Below are positions 52,833 to 64,000 of a stretch of DNA of 64,000 nt, piece by piece. The first letter of the stretch is position 1. The number at the start of each line of letters is the position of its first letter. Position numbers and translations under genes: made by a program. Origin of the DNA: Eledone cirrhosa (Eukaryota). The notes under the pieces were generated by a model. It ran no database searches, was not told where the DNA came from, and saw only the letters and a list, made by a program, of their open reading frames with translations. The stretch covers positions 37,448,001 through 37,512,000 of the forward strand of contig OZ024741.1 in the NCBI GenBank assembly GCA_964016885.1, given 5' to 3'.

Positions 52833-52941
52833 ACGGCTGAGCTCTGGCCATTTCGAGAGCTAGATCTGAACTAAACTACCAGTATTGAATACTGGCGCTT
52901 TAGTTCAGATCTAGCTGTTGAAACGGCCAGAGCTCAGCCGT
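52833..52941. repeat. 109-nt hairpin (truncated palindromic MITE-like element)
   Basis: ACGGCTGAGCTCTGGCC...AGCTAGATCTGAACTAAA..CCAGTATT-G-AATACTGG..TTTAGTTCAGATCTAGCT...GGCCAGAGCTCAGCCGT. Confidence 0.9.
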
Positions 52942-53631
52942 TCATCAGCATAGAGAAGTTCCCATGGACAGCCAGTCTTAAACTCTTCTGTTATGGCTTG
53001 GAGGACTATAATGAACAAGAGCGGGCTGAGGACCAAACCTTTATGTACTCCTACTTGTATCTGGAATTCCGCACTAAACTCCATTCCTACCCTGACTTTA
53101 CTGAGAGTACCTCTGTACAAAGTTTGCACTGTCCTCATAAGCCATTCCTCAACACCTAGCTTCCTTTGGGACCACCAGATGACAGATCGGGGTACCCTAT
53201 CAAAGGCCTTCTCTAGGTCAACAAAGGCTAAGTATAGTGGCTTATTTTTCTCTAAGAACCTCTCTTGCAATTGTCTCACCAAGAAGAGGGCATCTGTTGT
53301 ACTCGTCCCAGGCACAAAACCAAACTGCATCTCATCTAGTTTGACCCTTTCTCTAATTAGTTGTGCTAATATCCTTTCTGCCACTTTCATAACCTGATCC
53401 ATCAGTTTTATACCCCTATAATTGCTCCTCTCCAGAGCATCCCCTTTACCTTTGTAGCAATTTATGAGAATACTGCTGCACCAGTCTTTGGGTATGACAC
53501 CACCATTTATAGCCTGATTGATGATGCGTGCAACCAGTTTAGTGCCTACGTCCCCTGATGCCTTCAGCAACTATCCCCGATGGTCCAGCAGCCTTACCAT
53601 TTTTCATTTCCTTAATCGCCTCTTGGACCCT
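52942..53631 (-). mobile_element. internal RTE family A fragment ending at YAD
   Basis: High identity to 11197-11895. Confidence 0.93.
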
Positions 53632-54123
53632 ATATATCATCATCATCCTCGTTTAACGTCCACTTTCCACGCTAGCATATGTATATATATATGCACTTTC
53701 ACCCGTGTAGGACATCCGTTTTTTTTATTTTGTTTATTTTTATTAAAAAAGCCTCATTTTCTTATATATATATATACACATGTTACTCTAACTATGGTAT
53801 GATTTAGGTCCAATTGTTTCTCTGGCTCTCTATTTCAGATTTTCCATGAGACAGACCCCAGGTCATCAGCCAATGAATCCATTAGTAATGGCTGTGTTCT
53901 TTTCCTTCAAACATGAAAACGTTTCAAAAGAAACAAAGTAAAAATAAGTAATATACAGGGAGAGGTGTTTTAAATATATAAATAATGGAGTCATATGCTG
54001 ATGACCTTTGGCCTGTTTCATTGAAAATCTGAAATAAACAACTAGCAAAACAATAACACTTTACCCAATTCTGAATTTTTTTTACCAAATTACACTATAC
54101 TATATATACATGCACACACACAC

Positions 54124-55160
54124 AATAGTCCTCCAAGCCATAACAGAGGAGTTTAAGACTGGCTGCCCATGGGAACTTCTCTATGCTGATGATCTGGTTC
54201 TTATAGCAGAATCAGTAGAGGAGCTAGAGAATAAATTCTGGCTATGGAAACAGCAGTTGGAATCAAGAGGCCTGAGAGTGAACATAGCTAAAACAAAAGT
54301 GTTGTTAAGTAGAAGAGAGGACAATACTTTGATTTCATCGGAGAAATGGCCATGTTCGATATGTAGAAAAAGAACTGGCATAAATTCGATAAAATGTATG
54401 CAATGCAGATCTTGGGTACACAAGATATGTAGTGGGATAGCAGGCAAACTAACAGGTAGGGAAAACTATGTATGCAGTAGATGTATAGGGAAAGTTGGCA
54501 GTAGTAATCGCAGTGATAGACACATTTTTCCAATTCAGGTGGGTTCTATAGAAGTGGTTGATAGCTTCCGGTACCTAGCTGATGAGATTAGCATGGGAGG
54601 GGGGTGTTCCAAGGCCATAGTATCTAGAATAAGGACGGGTTGGAAGAAGTTTAGGGAGCTGCTTCCTTTGTTGACAAAGAAGGGTTTCTGCCTGCGTACG
54701 AAAGGACGGTTATATGATGCCTGTGTGAGATTTGCGATGCTGCATGATAGTGAGACATGGGAAGCAACTGCAGAAGATATGCGACGGCTGGAGAGAAATG
54801 AAGCAAGTATGCTCCGTTGCATGTGCAATGTCAATGTGCGTGAACGACCAAGCATAGATGAGTTGAGAAAGAAACTGTGTATAAGATGGATAAGTTGTGG
54901 TGTGCAGGAGAGAAGGTTGAGATGGTATGGACATGTGATGCGCATGGAGGATGACTGCTGGGTAAAGAAGTGTCAAGAAATCCCAGTAGAAGGAAGATGC
55001 AGTAGAGGTAGACCACGAAAAACATGGGCGGAGGTGGTGAGAGCAGACCTCAGATCACTGAGACTCACTGAAGAGATGACGAAGGACCATGACAAGTGGA
55101 GAGATGCTGTGCCGAATAAGACTCGTCCAACCCTTGCAAGCAGGGAAAAGCGGACATAAA

Positions 55161-55192
<32 letters not shown>
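54124..55192 (+). mobile_element. 5'-truncated RTE family A copy
   Basis: Open from [10 protein letters not shown] to TLASREKRT*; (GAT)n tail. Confidence 0.95.
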
Positions 55193-55193
<1 letters not shown>

Positions 55194-55844
55194 ATGATAT
55201 ACATATATATTGCAAAATTGGCAACAGGTACAAGAACTCCATGGTCATTTACTGTTGAAATGGGAATACACAGTTTTCACTCCTACTGACAGTACTGCTG
55301 GTCTATTCTGGGTCACAGTGTCTAACAAGATAGTTAAACAGTCTAGGTGTATTTTACAAGACAAAAGTGAAGCAGAACTTACATGAAATTATATGGTAAG
55401 GACAAATTTGGAATATATTTAAATGTTTGACATTTAAGTCAAACAATGTGTGACAAAGGTGTCAGTTAGACCCATATAGACAAGCTTGGATACAAAATTC
55501 AAAATATGTTCGGCTCATTTCATGTTTAAAATAACCCAAATGCTACTAATTGATATATTAATAATCTGCAATAGCAAGCTATCATCAGTCTTGCAGAAAA
55601 ATAGATTCTATTTTGATATTGTAATATTATACAGGAGGCCCACATCTTATGCAATTTTAAATAGTGCAGTTTTGAACATACACAGTAGGAAAGCCTTTTT
55701 AAAAAATTCAAAGAAGCTGTAAAGTTTTCAATCTCTTGTTCCACATAAAACTGTTTATCTAGATGTAAGTGTGAAAACTTTAATCTATTTGGTTGTCATT
55801 CTTTTCATGAGCTTTCCTGAGCTTGACAACCTGGCATTATGCTT

Positions 55845-56035
55845 CCTCCAAAACCAGTCACCGTTGAGACCTCTGGTGTTTTTGATCCCTGCATTGCCGA
55901 TTTCCTCCACAAAATCGGAAAGACAACAGCCCACCTGAGGAAGGAGCTCTGTGAGGCGTGGTGGCTGCTGCAGTGGGTGTTGCTGTCTATTTTTCCTGGC
56001 AATGCCTTTGCCATTCTGTCTGCAGTCCATGGCCA
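55845..56035 (+). mobile_element. CRE-clade-like non-LTR restriction-like endonuclease C-terminal relic
   Basis: PVTVETSGVFDP...FLHKIGK...WLLQWVLLSIFPGNAFAIL resembles the P.A.ET.G..G...QR.S.AI.RGNA..IL motif. Confidence 0.65.
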
Positions 56036-56650
56036 AATCACTACTCAAGCTAGAGTGTAGTGTCTGTACCTCCCTCCCTCTTTCTATTTGTAAATTTGAA
56101 ATCTCTTTCAGCATAATAAAAACAGCTGTTTTTATTTTTATATTCATATGATCATGCACAGGCACATGAACATATCTCTGCTTTGTTAACTGTTATTTGT
56201 CAGTAATTTTCTTAGCATTATATAATACTATATATTCCCAGAACAACTACAAAGAATGTTAACAATTTGTCTTAAATGGTATAAAAAAAATGCTAGGTTA
56301 TTTTGTTTTATAAATTTTTCGCCTTTTTTTTTGTTAAATTTCAAGGAAAATAATTTTCAAATATTTTATATAATTCTGAACTGAAAGAAATTTGTAATTG
56401 TGGTGTTTGTTTACATGCATATGTGCATGGTAGCATAAATGTACATATAATTGAGAGTAAGCCCTTGAATATTGTGAAGGCATAGCAGAAAATTTGAGTA
56501 TTTTGAAATTACTGTTGTCAGTTTTCCTAATTAACCTTTTTGTTACGATATTTCTAATAAAAAACACTATAAATATTCAAATAATTTCAAAAGTAGTCAA
56601 TTTGTAGGAATTTAATAAAATAACTATCTCATTTTTATGTTAGTGTTTGA

Positions 56651-56865
56651 GGGCGGTGGATTGGCAGTATTGGTAGAGTGTCGAACAACATGCTTTGCAG
56701 CATAGAGTTACAGCCTTTTACATTTTTAGTTCAAATCCTGCCGAGATTACCTTTGCCTTTCATCCTTACAGGGTTGATAAAATAAAGCACCAGTAACGAA
56801 CTGGGGTCGATTTAATTGACTTTCTCCACCTCCAAAATTGTGTATAAAAATCAGAAATCATTATG
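56651..56865 (+). mobile_element. S2 SINE
   Basis: GGCGGTGGATTGGCAG head, GTTCAAATCC B-box and S2 core. Confidence 0.75.
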
Positions 56866-57577
56866 TTGGTGTTTGGAACATAACTTAACAAAGAGACTTA
56901 CATATAATTATAATGGAAGTTTTTTAAAATAAATATAAACACATATATAGGTAAACAGAGTCATAGTAAATATATTTGCTACAGCTGGTTGTTCACATTA
57001 GTCACGCAATGAGACAAGATTTGATGATAGGAATGTGCAAAGCTATACCCAGAGGGCACACAATACATTATTTGTAATGGGGGCAGTTCCACGTGGATTA
57101 TGGTAAATATATACCATCTGTCCCAGTCCAAGAGATCTTAAGGTTTCTGCAAGTACAGACTGCTCTGATAAGTGCACATGCACTTGTCTTTCACAGTAAC
57201 TGTACTGTGCATAAGGATTATACCCATCTATATCACTTCATTAGCGGGATCACCCCTCCATAGCAAGAGAAGATCAAATAGTCTATCGACTTATCGCATT
57301 AAAATTTACTACTGCACTCATGAGAGAAGCAGTCAGCAACACTTGATGTCACATGAAGAAGATTCAATCATCACTAGGGAGCAGGCATTGGTGGGAACTT
57401 GAAATAAAACAGCTTCTATTATAGAATCAGGGCTGGTTTCAAGCAGTTTGTTATCCAAATGGTTAAAAAAGGTTTTTCATTGTGTCTCTTTACTATTTTT
57501 ACTTTTACTTGACCTTGAGTGCTATAGTGGATCTCATGCATCATAGTACTAAGTTGTCAACATTATATTACAGGTGT

Positions 57578-57760
57578 ATTGGCAGTATCGGTAGAGGGTC
57601 GGATGCCATGCTTTCCAGCATAGTTACGTCCCTTAACGATCTGAGTTCAAATCCCGCTGAGGTTGACTTTGCCTTTCATCCTTACGGGGTCGATAAAATA
57701 AAGTACCAGTAATACACTGGGATAATTGCTGGCCTTGTGCCAAAAGTAGAAACAATTATG
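57578..57760 (+). mobile_element. S2 SINE
   Basis: Closely matches 58808-58985. Confidence 0.75.
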
Positions 57761-58205
57761 TTATAGTTTACTTTGTTTTACAATAGTAATTGGAATTGGA
57801 TTTCAGAAACACTTAAATACCGGGATGTAAGGGACTCTTCTTAGAAGTAGTCCCACAGCTGTACACTTTGAGAAGGGACAGGCTTATTACTCCTCATCCT
57901 ACACCTTAAGGGCTCATGTCTGGCTCTTAATGTAATACCCTGGTAGACTGTTTTAGCTGATGAGGTAAACAACATGAATGGGTGATGTTGACACATCACT
58001 GAACAGATGAATTTCCCTGTCTTTGGAATCAACAGCTACGGCAGACATATTTCACATGTCCATGACCAGAGTGAATCTCTTAGTTGGAGGATATCGGTCA
58101 CGGCCAAGCCCAGAGAGGGCTCTGTTAGGCTGTAATTGCTGTATAAACAGCACCCTCATGACCTGGCAGGGTCAAGGGAAAAGGCGAGTGAAGTGAAGTG
58201 AAGTG

Positions 58206-58398
58206 ATCACCTAGGTATCAGAAGCTGTCAACCACCTCTATAGATCCTACCTGCATTTGAAAAATGTGTCTATCACTGCGACGTCTACTGTCAAATTTCC
58301 CTGAACATCTACTGCATATGTAGTTTTCCCTACATGTTAGTTTGCCTGCTATCCCATTACATCTCTTGTGTACCCAAGATCTGCATTGTGTACATTTT
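58206..58398 (-). mobile_element. short internal RTE-A fragment (PHD finger to YLG)
   Basis: [16 protein letters not shown]...CSRC...IEVVDSF*YLGD. Confidence 0.9.
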
Positions 58399-58418
58399 AT
58401 ATATATATATATATATGT

Positions 58419-58650
58419 ATCATCCTCACTGTTTAACGTCCATTTTTCCATGCTAGTATGGGTTAGATGAGTTGTTCAAATGTGAGCAAAGCCAGAGCAG
58501 ATGACAATCTCCAGCTCACACAGGACTGATTTTAGCTTGGTTTCTATGGTTGGATGCCCTTCCTAGCGCCAACTATATTTACAGTGTGGACTGAGTGCTT
58601 TTTGTTGTGACACCTACATGACCACTTTACAGTGTGGACTAGGGTGGGGT
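58419..58650 (-). mobile_element. RTE-type 3' UTR or bipartite element
   Basis: AGGAAGGGCATCC motif plus CCCATACTAGCATGGAAAAATGGACGTTAAAC tail on the minus strand. Confidence 0.75.
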
Positions 58651-58807
58651 GGTGCATGAAGATTGGCGAGGTAGATCTAGAGTGGAGTACTTATCAGATG
58701 AAGGATGGATCTTAATAATAATAATGATAATAATGAGTAGGAACAAGGTGGCAAAATATAATCATAATGATGATAATTTGACATGCAGTTCTTACACATC
58801 ATTATCA

Positions 58808-59182
58808 GTATCGGTAGAGGGTCGGACGCCATGCTTTGACGCATAGTTATGGCCCTTGCCATTCTGAGTTCAAATCCCGCCAAGGTTAACTTTGCCTTTC
58901 ATCCTTACGGGGTCGATAAAATAAAGTACCAGTAATGCACTGGGTAATTGCTGGCCTTGTGCCAAAAGTAGAAACAATTATTATTAAGAGCAGTAGATTG
59001 GCAGTATCAGTAGAGAGTCAGACACCCTGCTTTGAAAAATAGAGTTACGGCTCTTTATGATCTGAGTTCAAATCCTGCCGAGGTTAACTTTGCCTTTCAT
59101 CCTTACGGAGTCGATAAAATAAAGAACCAGTAATGCACTGTATAATTGCTGGCTTTGTGCCAAAAGTAGAAACAATTGTTAT
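58808..59182 (+). mobile_element. two tandem S2 SINE units
   Basis: ~190-bp unit ending GCCAAAAGTAGAAACAATT occurs twice. Confidence 0.8.
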
Positions 59183-59499
59183 TAGCAGTCTGCTTATGAA
59201 GGATACCGACAAAAGTGTATCACCAAATGTGCAATACCACATAGGAAACCTGACCCACTTACCCATCGAGTGCTCAAGCTGGAAGAAAAATATATTTTTT
59301 TCCTTTTTTATTTCTCTCTCTCATTTTTCTGGGTTAGAAAATGATTAAAACGAAATGTTTTATTTTGTGTGAAGTGTTAAGGTATTAGTTGATTTATTTA
59401 TTATTTAACAATGGCATTTATTTATCTATTTATATATAATTATATATATATATATAATTAGTTGGAGTAAAATGTTTAAATAAATAAATATATATATAT

Positions 59500-59658
59500 A
59501 TGTAAATGTGGTTGGTGTTAGGAAGGGCATCCAGCCGTAGAAAACCCGCCAGACAGTCCTATGCGAGCAAGACAACCACTCTTGCCTCAAGTGGGAAAAC
59601 TCCCGTCCAAACCCATGCAAGCGTGGAATATGGACGTTAAACGATGATGATGATGATG
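59500..59658 (+). mobile_element. RTE-B 3'-terminal fragment inside (TA)n
   Basis: Near-identical to 5194-5345. Confidence 0.9.
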
Positions 59659-60054
59659 ATATATATATATATATAAATGTAAGTATGTATGTATACGTAC
59701 ATACATATATGTATACAGACGAACAGTAGTATGTATATATATACATGCCCACATATATATATGTACGTATCGGTTTACCGAACATTTATTATAATGCTCG
59801 GTTTTTCTGTTTGTAAACAAACAAACAGCCCGAATTACGCCGTACAGTGTTCAAGCAACCATTGTCGCCCTTTTGTTCAACACTGACACAGGAACGATGT
59901 ACTAGTTTCAAGCTTATTAGCTATCGTCAGCATCGTATACCTTTCTGCCAGATGATTGAACGTCTGAAAGTATATACTTTCCTTATGCATATTAACGGCT
60001 GAGCAGCCTAATTTGCATATCGAGTGAGTTAGTCAGCCGGGCGCACCGAAAACA

Positions 60055-60170
60055 ATAAATGGAAAAGAATGAAACAAAGTTATATTTCTCACTCTTAGTG
60101 CGGCTATTATTTAAGTATCAGCCGTACTAAGAGTGAGAAATGAAACTTAGTTTCATTCTTTTCCATTTAT
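60055..60170. repeat. fold-back hairpin, ~51-bp arms
   Basis: ATAAATGGAAAAGAATGAAAC...TCTCACTCTTAGTGCGGCT / AGCCGTACTAAGAGTGAGA...GTTTCATTCTTTTCCATTTAT. Confidence 0.9.
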
Positions 60171-60250
60171 ATATATATATATATATATATTTGTTAGGTA
60201 ATTCCGAAGGAAAAGCAAGAGTGTTCTATGTATAGAACAGAGCTATTTAA

Positions 60251-60356
60251 TTAGAAAGTGAACAGCACAAAATATAACTACTCCATTACCAAAGGTTTCT
60301 GGATCCCAGACAATAATAATATGGAGTATTTGTATTTTGTGTTGTTCACTTTCTAA
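60251..60356. repeat. fold-back hairpin, ~36-bp arms, TTAGAAA...TTTCTAA ends
   Basis: TTAGAAAGTGAACAGCACAAAATATA..TACTCCAT / ATGGAGTA..TGTATTTTGTGTTGTTCACTTTCTAA. Confidence 0.88.
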
Positions 60357-60371
60357 ATATATATATATATG

Positions 60372-60508
60372 ATGTGAGAAAAACGACAAACCTTCCATCT
60401 CAATTCTACTTTTGAAAAGCATAAGAACTGCGAAACTGGTAAAGGAACCAAATAAATATTCTTAAAAAGACTCCAGTTGCATTTTCGATTTCATCTTTTT
60501 TCCTTATA
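60372..60508 (+). mobile_element. Penelope pLTR-like repeat with U3-A8 hammerhead core
   Basis: TTGAAAA-GCA..TGC-GAAA-CTGG-TA followed by AATAAA; second copy at 48340. Confidence 0.6.
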
Positions 60509-61544
60509 TATATATTTATATGTATAGAACTTCACTTCCCTTTTCTAATATATATATATATATATATATTTAGTTATTTAAACATTTTACTCCACCTAAT
60601 TTTTTTCACACTTCCTTCAAGAACATACAACAGTTTTGTTTTTTACTCCTGTTTTTCAATACTAATTGTATTATTTCATTTATTTATTTAATCATGTATT
60701 TATTTTTTTCATTTATTTATTTATTTATTTATTCATGTATTTATTTTATTTATTTGTTTGTTTTCTCAATTAATTCTCTGCTAAGTATTAGATTGACATT
60801 TTAATTCAATATTTTCATTTCCTTTATAACAATAGTCTAATTTGTTATTTAACACAGTTTTGAAAGTGTCTATTAATTATTGCTGTTGTTATTGCTCTCG
60901 TTGTTTATTACAAATTTGTTTATTTATTTATTCAATCATTAGATTTTTTCAATTCTGTAAACTCTATTTTTTTCTAACAAAGATAATCATTTTCATTCCT
61001 TTTAATTCTGCCTCAAGTATTTCATAAATAACAAAAATTTAAAAGGGGTGAAAAAAAAATAGAAATCAAACAAAGGAAATCTCCCCCACCTTTCTTTTTT
61101 AATAGTATTTCTTTTTTTATTTGTATTTTGTTATTAATCCATTTGAAAGGATTTTTTTCCACTTAAACTGACAGCATCTTTCCTTTCAAATTATGATATA
61201 TCTTATTTTCTTTCTCTTTGATCTAAAACCAAACTTACAGGGATTCTAAACATGACCTGCTGTGTGAGTTATTATTTGTTGGGTTGGATAGAGTATAGAT
61301 AATATCATACCAACTAATATTGTGTTATATTTAAATAAACACACAGACGCATACACACACACACACACAAACCACACACACAAATACACACATATATGCA
61401 TACACACACACATTAGCAAAGTTGCACATGGAAAAATAGATACAGATGACTAAGGAACAAAAAGCATTAGAATTCCTCATCAGATACCTCTTGAAAAATG
61501 CTATTTCATATGATAAGGTTGTATTGTGTAATTACTTGTTTCAT

Positions 61545-61695
61545 CATGCAGGTTGTCCAAAATAACCCTCTTCACCAAGCAAACTTGGTGGGGTTGCCTG
61601 TTGCCTGTTTAGTCGCCGATGACCTGACCAAGTTTACTTGGTGAGGAGGATGATTTGGGGCATCCTGCAGATGAAAAACAAAATCTGACAAAATC
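61545..61695. repeat. inverted duplication of the 16850-16945 RTE 5'UTR-like sequence
   Basis: Both arms resemble ACCAAGGTTTCTTGGTGAGGAGGGTGACTTTGGACATCCTGCAG. Confidence 0.7.
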
Positions 61696-62094
61696 TGACA
61701 TATATTGTATGGCTGTGTAAATATGTATATGTTCATTTAAGAGTGTGCAGAACTGTAGTAGATTTCACTGGTTGGCACTGAATGGTCTTTTGTGGTGTCC
61801 CCGTGTGTCCCAGTGTCTGTTTAACATGCCACTCAGTGAACTTATGACGTGCTATATATGCTCATTCAAGCTGAGCATCTACCTCTCTCAGTTCAAAGAC
61901 TGACCTATATGGTCACAAGCCACATCCTACATGAGGAGCCTCTGATATGACTATCATAGGATAGTTTAACGGAACATGTTGGATCTATAGGAGTAAGCCT
62001 CGATAAAAATCCTGCTTGTCTCATACTAAGCAGTAGCTCATGTGACAATCATCAGTTTAATTAGATAACCTCGGCACCGTGAAAACCAGTGGCT

Positions 62095-62858
62095 TCGCAT
62101 TGATAATTTTAGTCTTGTTGACTGCTTCTTTATACCTGGTATATACTTCCCTCACAAGCCATTCATCTACTTTTAGTTTTCTAAGAGTCCACCAGGTAAT
62201 GGAACAGAGGACTCAGTCAAAAGCTTCCTTTAGGTCAACAAATGCCAAGTAAGGGGTTTACTTTTAGCAAGGTACTTCTCCTGCAGTTGCCTCACAAGAA
62301 AGAGGGCATCAGTGGTACTTTTACCTGGTACAAACCCAAACTGCATCTCATCTAGGTTAACTAGGTTCCTAATCAGCTTTTTCTGTGACCTTCATGGCCT
62401 GGTCCATCAACTTGATGCCTCTATAGTCTAGAGCATCTCCTTTGCCCTTGTAGCACTTGACAATGATGTTGCGATGCCACTCATTGAGTATGACTCCATT
62501 TTGTATTACTTGGTTTACAATATGGGTGGTTAAGACATGACCTACCATTAGAGATGCTTTCAGCCCCTCGGCAACTATCCCTAAATGTCCAGCTGCCTGT
62601 CTTCATGTCCTTAATTGCCTTACTTGCTCTGCTACTACTGACTTGTACAACCGATCCCTCTGTTGGGCCTACTTGGGGAAAACTATCTTCATCCTATGCA
62701 TTATCCTCATTCAGTAGTCTTTCATAGTGACACTTTCATACTACTTTCTTTTCAGCATCAGTGAGGGCAAACATGCAATTATCATCTCAGACACACTTAT
62801 CAACATCACAATTTTCCCTGACACTGCCTCGCAATCCTGAACATCCCACGCCTTTAGT
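62095..62858 (-). mobile_element. degenerate RTE B/C-like internal fragment
   Basis: [33 protein letters not shown] and YKGKGDALD, with frameshifts. Confidence 0.88.
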
Positions 62859-63450
62859 CATGTCTATATATATACACACATATAGACATGACCAAACATA
62901 TATTTATATGTATGCATGTATAGACCTGTAACTACTGAGGGAATTGTAGGGGTGTCATATTGACATATGGTATTTCTAGGGCCTTTGTTTTAAACCTGGC
63001 AGAGCCCATCTCCTCTACAGGTCTGAATACAGCAGATTTCTTCCAGAGAAGGATAGAGTGAGAGAATGAAGTGAGAAAGAAATATAGAGGAAGAATCGAC
63101 CCCAGTACTAGACTGGTGCTTTTTTATCGACCTTAAATGGATGAAAGGCAAAGTTAACCTCGATCTATATATATAGACATAACCAAATATATATTTAAAT
63201 ATATATATAACTATATACACAATCATGTCACTTCAATTTAGGATCTAATAAAAGTGCTAATATCTTTCCTTGAGTGTTTGTAAACATTGTAAATCAAGTG
63301 ACTTACACACACCTTACATGCACATATACGCAGACAGGTAAGAAACACATATATACAAGAATATGTCCTTTTCTATACAGTTACAGACACATTTTCACAC
63401 TTACACACACACACATATGTTGTATGTATTTGTGTATGTGTATACATGTA

Positions 63451-63740
63451 TCATCATCATCATTTTTACGTCCGCTTTTCCCTGCTTGCAAGGGTAGGAC
63501 GGGAACTGATTCTGACTTGATTTCTACAGCTGGATGCCCTTCCTAACACCAACCTCATTTACAGTGAGTGTTGGGTGCTTTTTTGCCGTGGCACTTCCAC
63601 GACCACTTTGCAGTGGAATGATATGGACCCCAGTCCCTATCATCTCATTTCTACAGCTGAGTAAACTGGAGCAATGTGAAATAAAGTGTCTTGCTCAAGG
63701 AAACACTTTATTTCACATTGCTCCAGTTTACTCAGCTGTA
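63451..63740 (-). mobile_element. 5'-truncated S1 SINE capped by a 38-bp perfect fold-back
   Basis: Matches 43503-43806; 63652-63689 is the reverse complement of 63703-63740. Confidence 0.92.
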
Positions 63741-64000
63741 TATATATGTATATATATATATGTATGTATATGTATATATATATTATATATATATATACAT
63801 ATATATATATACACACACATATATATATATATATACACACACATAAGATGATGATGATGATAGTATAAATATAATCACCAACAGTAATTTATGGACATGT
63901 AGAGTGACAAGTATATACTTTTATATAAATAGTAACTTAGATTCAAACCAAAATAGACACACACACACACACATATATATATAGCAGCGTAAGCTTTAAA

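Noticed and set aside
52833-52948. Minus-strand CTGATGA followed by a long stem as a hammerhead
   Set aside because: CTGATGA comes from the RT Ala-Asp-Asp codons and the stem is not followed by GAAA.

Overview
AT-rich, repeat-saturated eukaryotic DNA with no supportable host protein-coding gene. The repeat repertoire (RTE LINEs with (GAT)n tails, tRNA-SINEs, long TA-rich microsatellites) suggests a cephalopod, probably octopus; this is inference. The window holds one intact RTE-clade LINE ORF (9795-12863: APE endonuclease, RT and an internal C4HC3 PHD-type finger) and about ten truncated copies of three related families (called A, B and C here). It also holds chimeric SINEs, a DD37D Tc1/mariner with TIRs, two Helitrons, Penelope GIY-YIG and CRE-like relics, several Penelope-type hammerhead ribozyme cores and many fold-back hairpins at (TA)n junctions. 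The most unexpected items are a divergent 28S rRNA 3'-end retrocopy with an 11-bp target-site duplication and (GAA)n tail (28259-28794), the PHD finger inside the RT domain, and a structured motif shared by a LINE 5' UTR, LINE 3' UTRs and SINE bodies. Most short ORFs in the track are microsatellite or antisense artefacts. All calls were made by eye; coordinates of degenerate elements are approximate.
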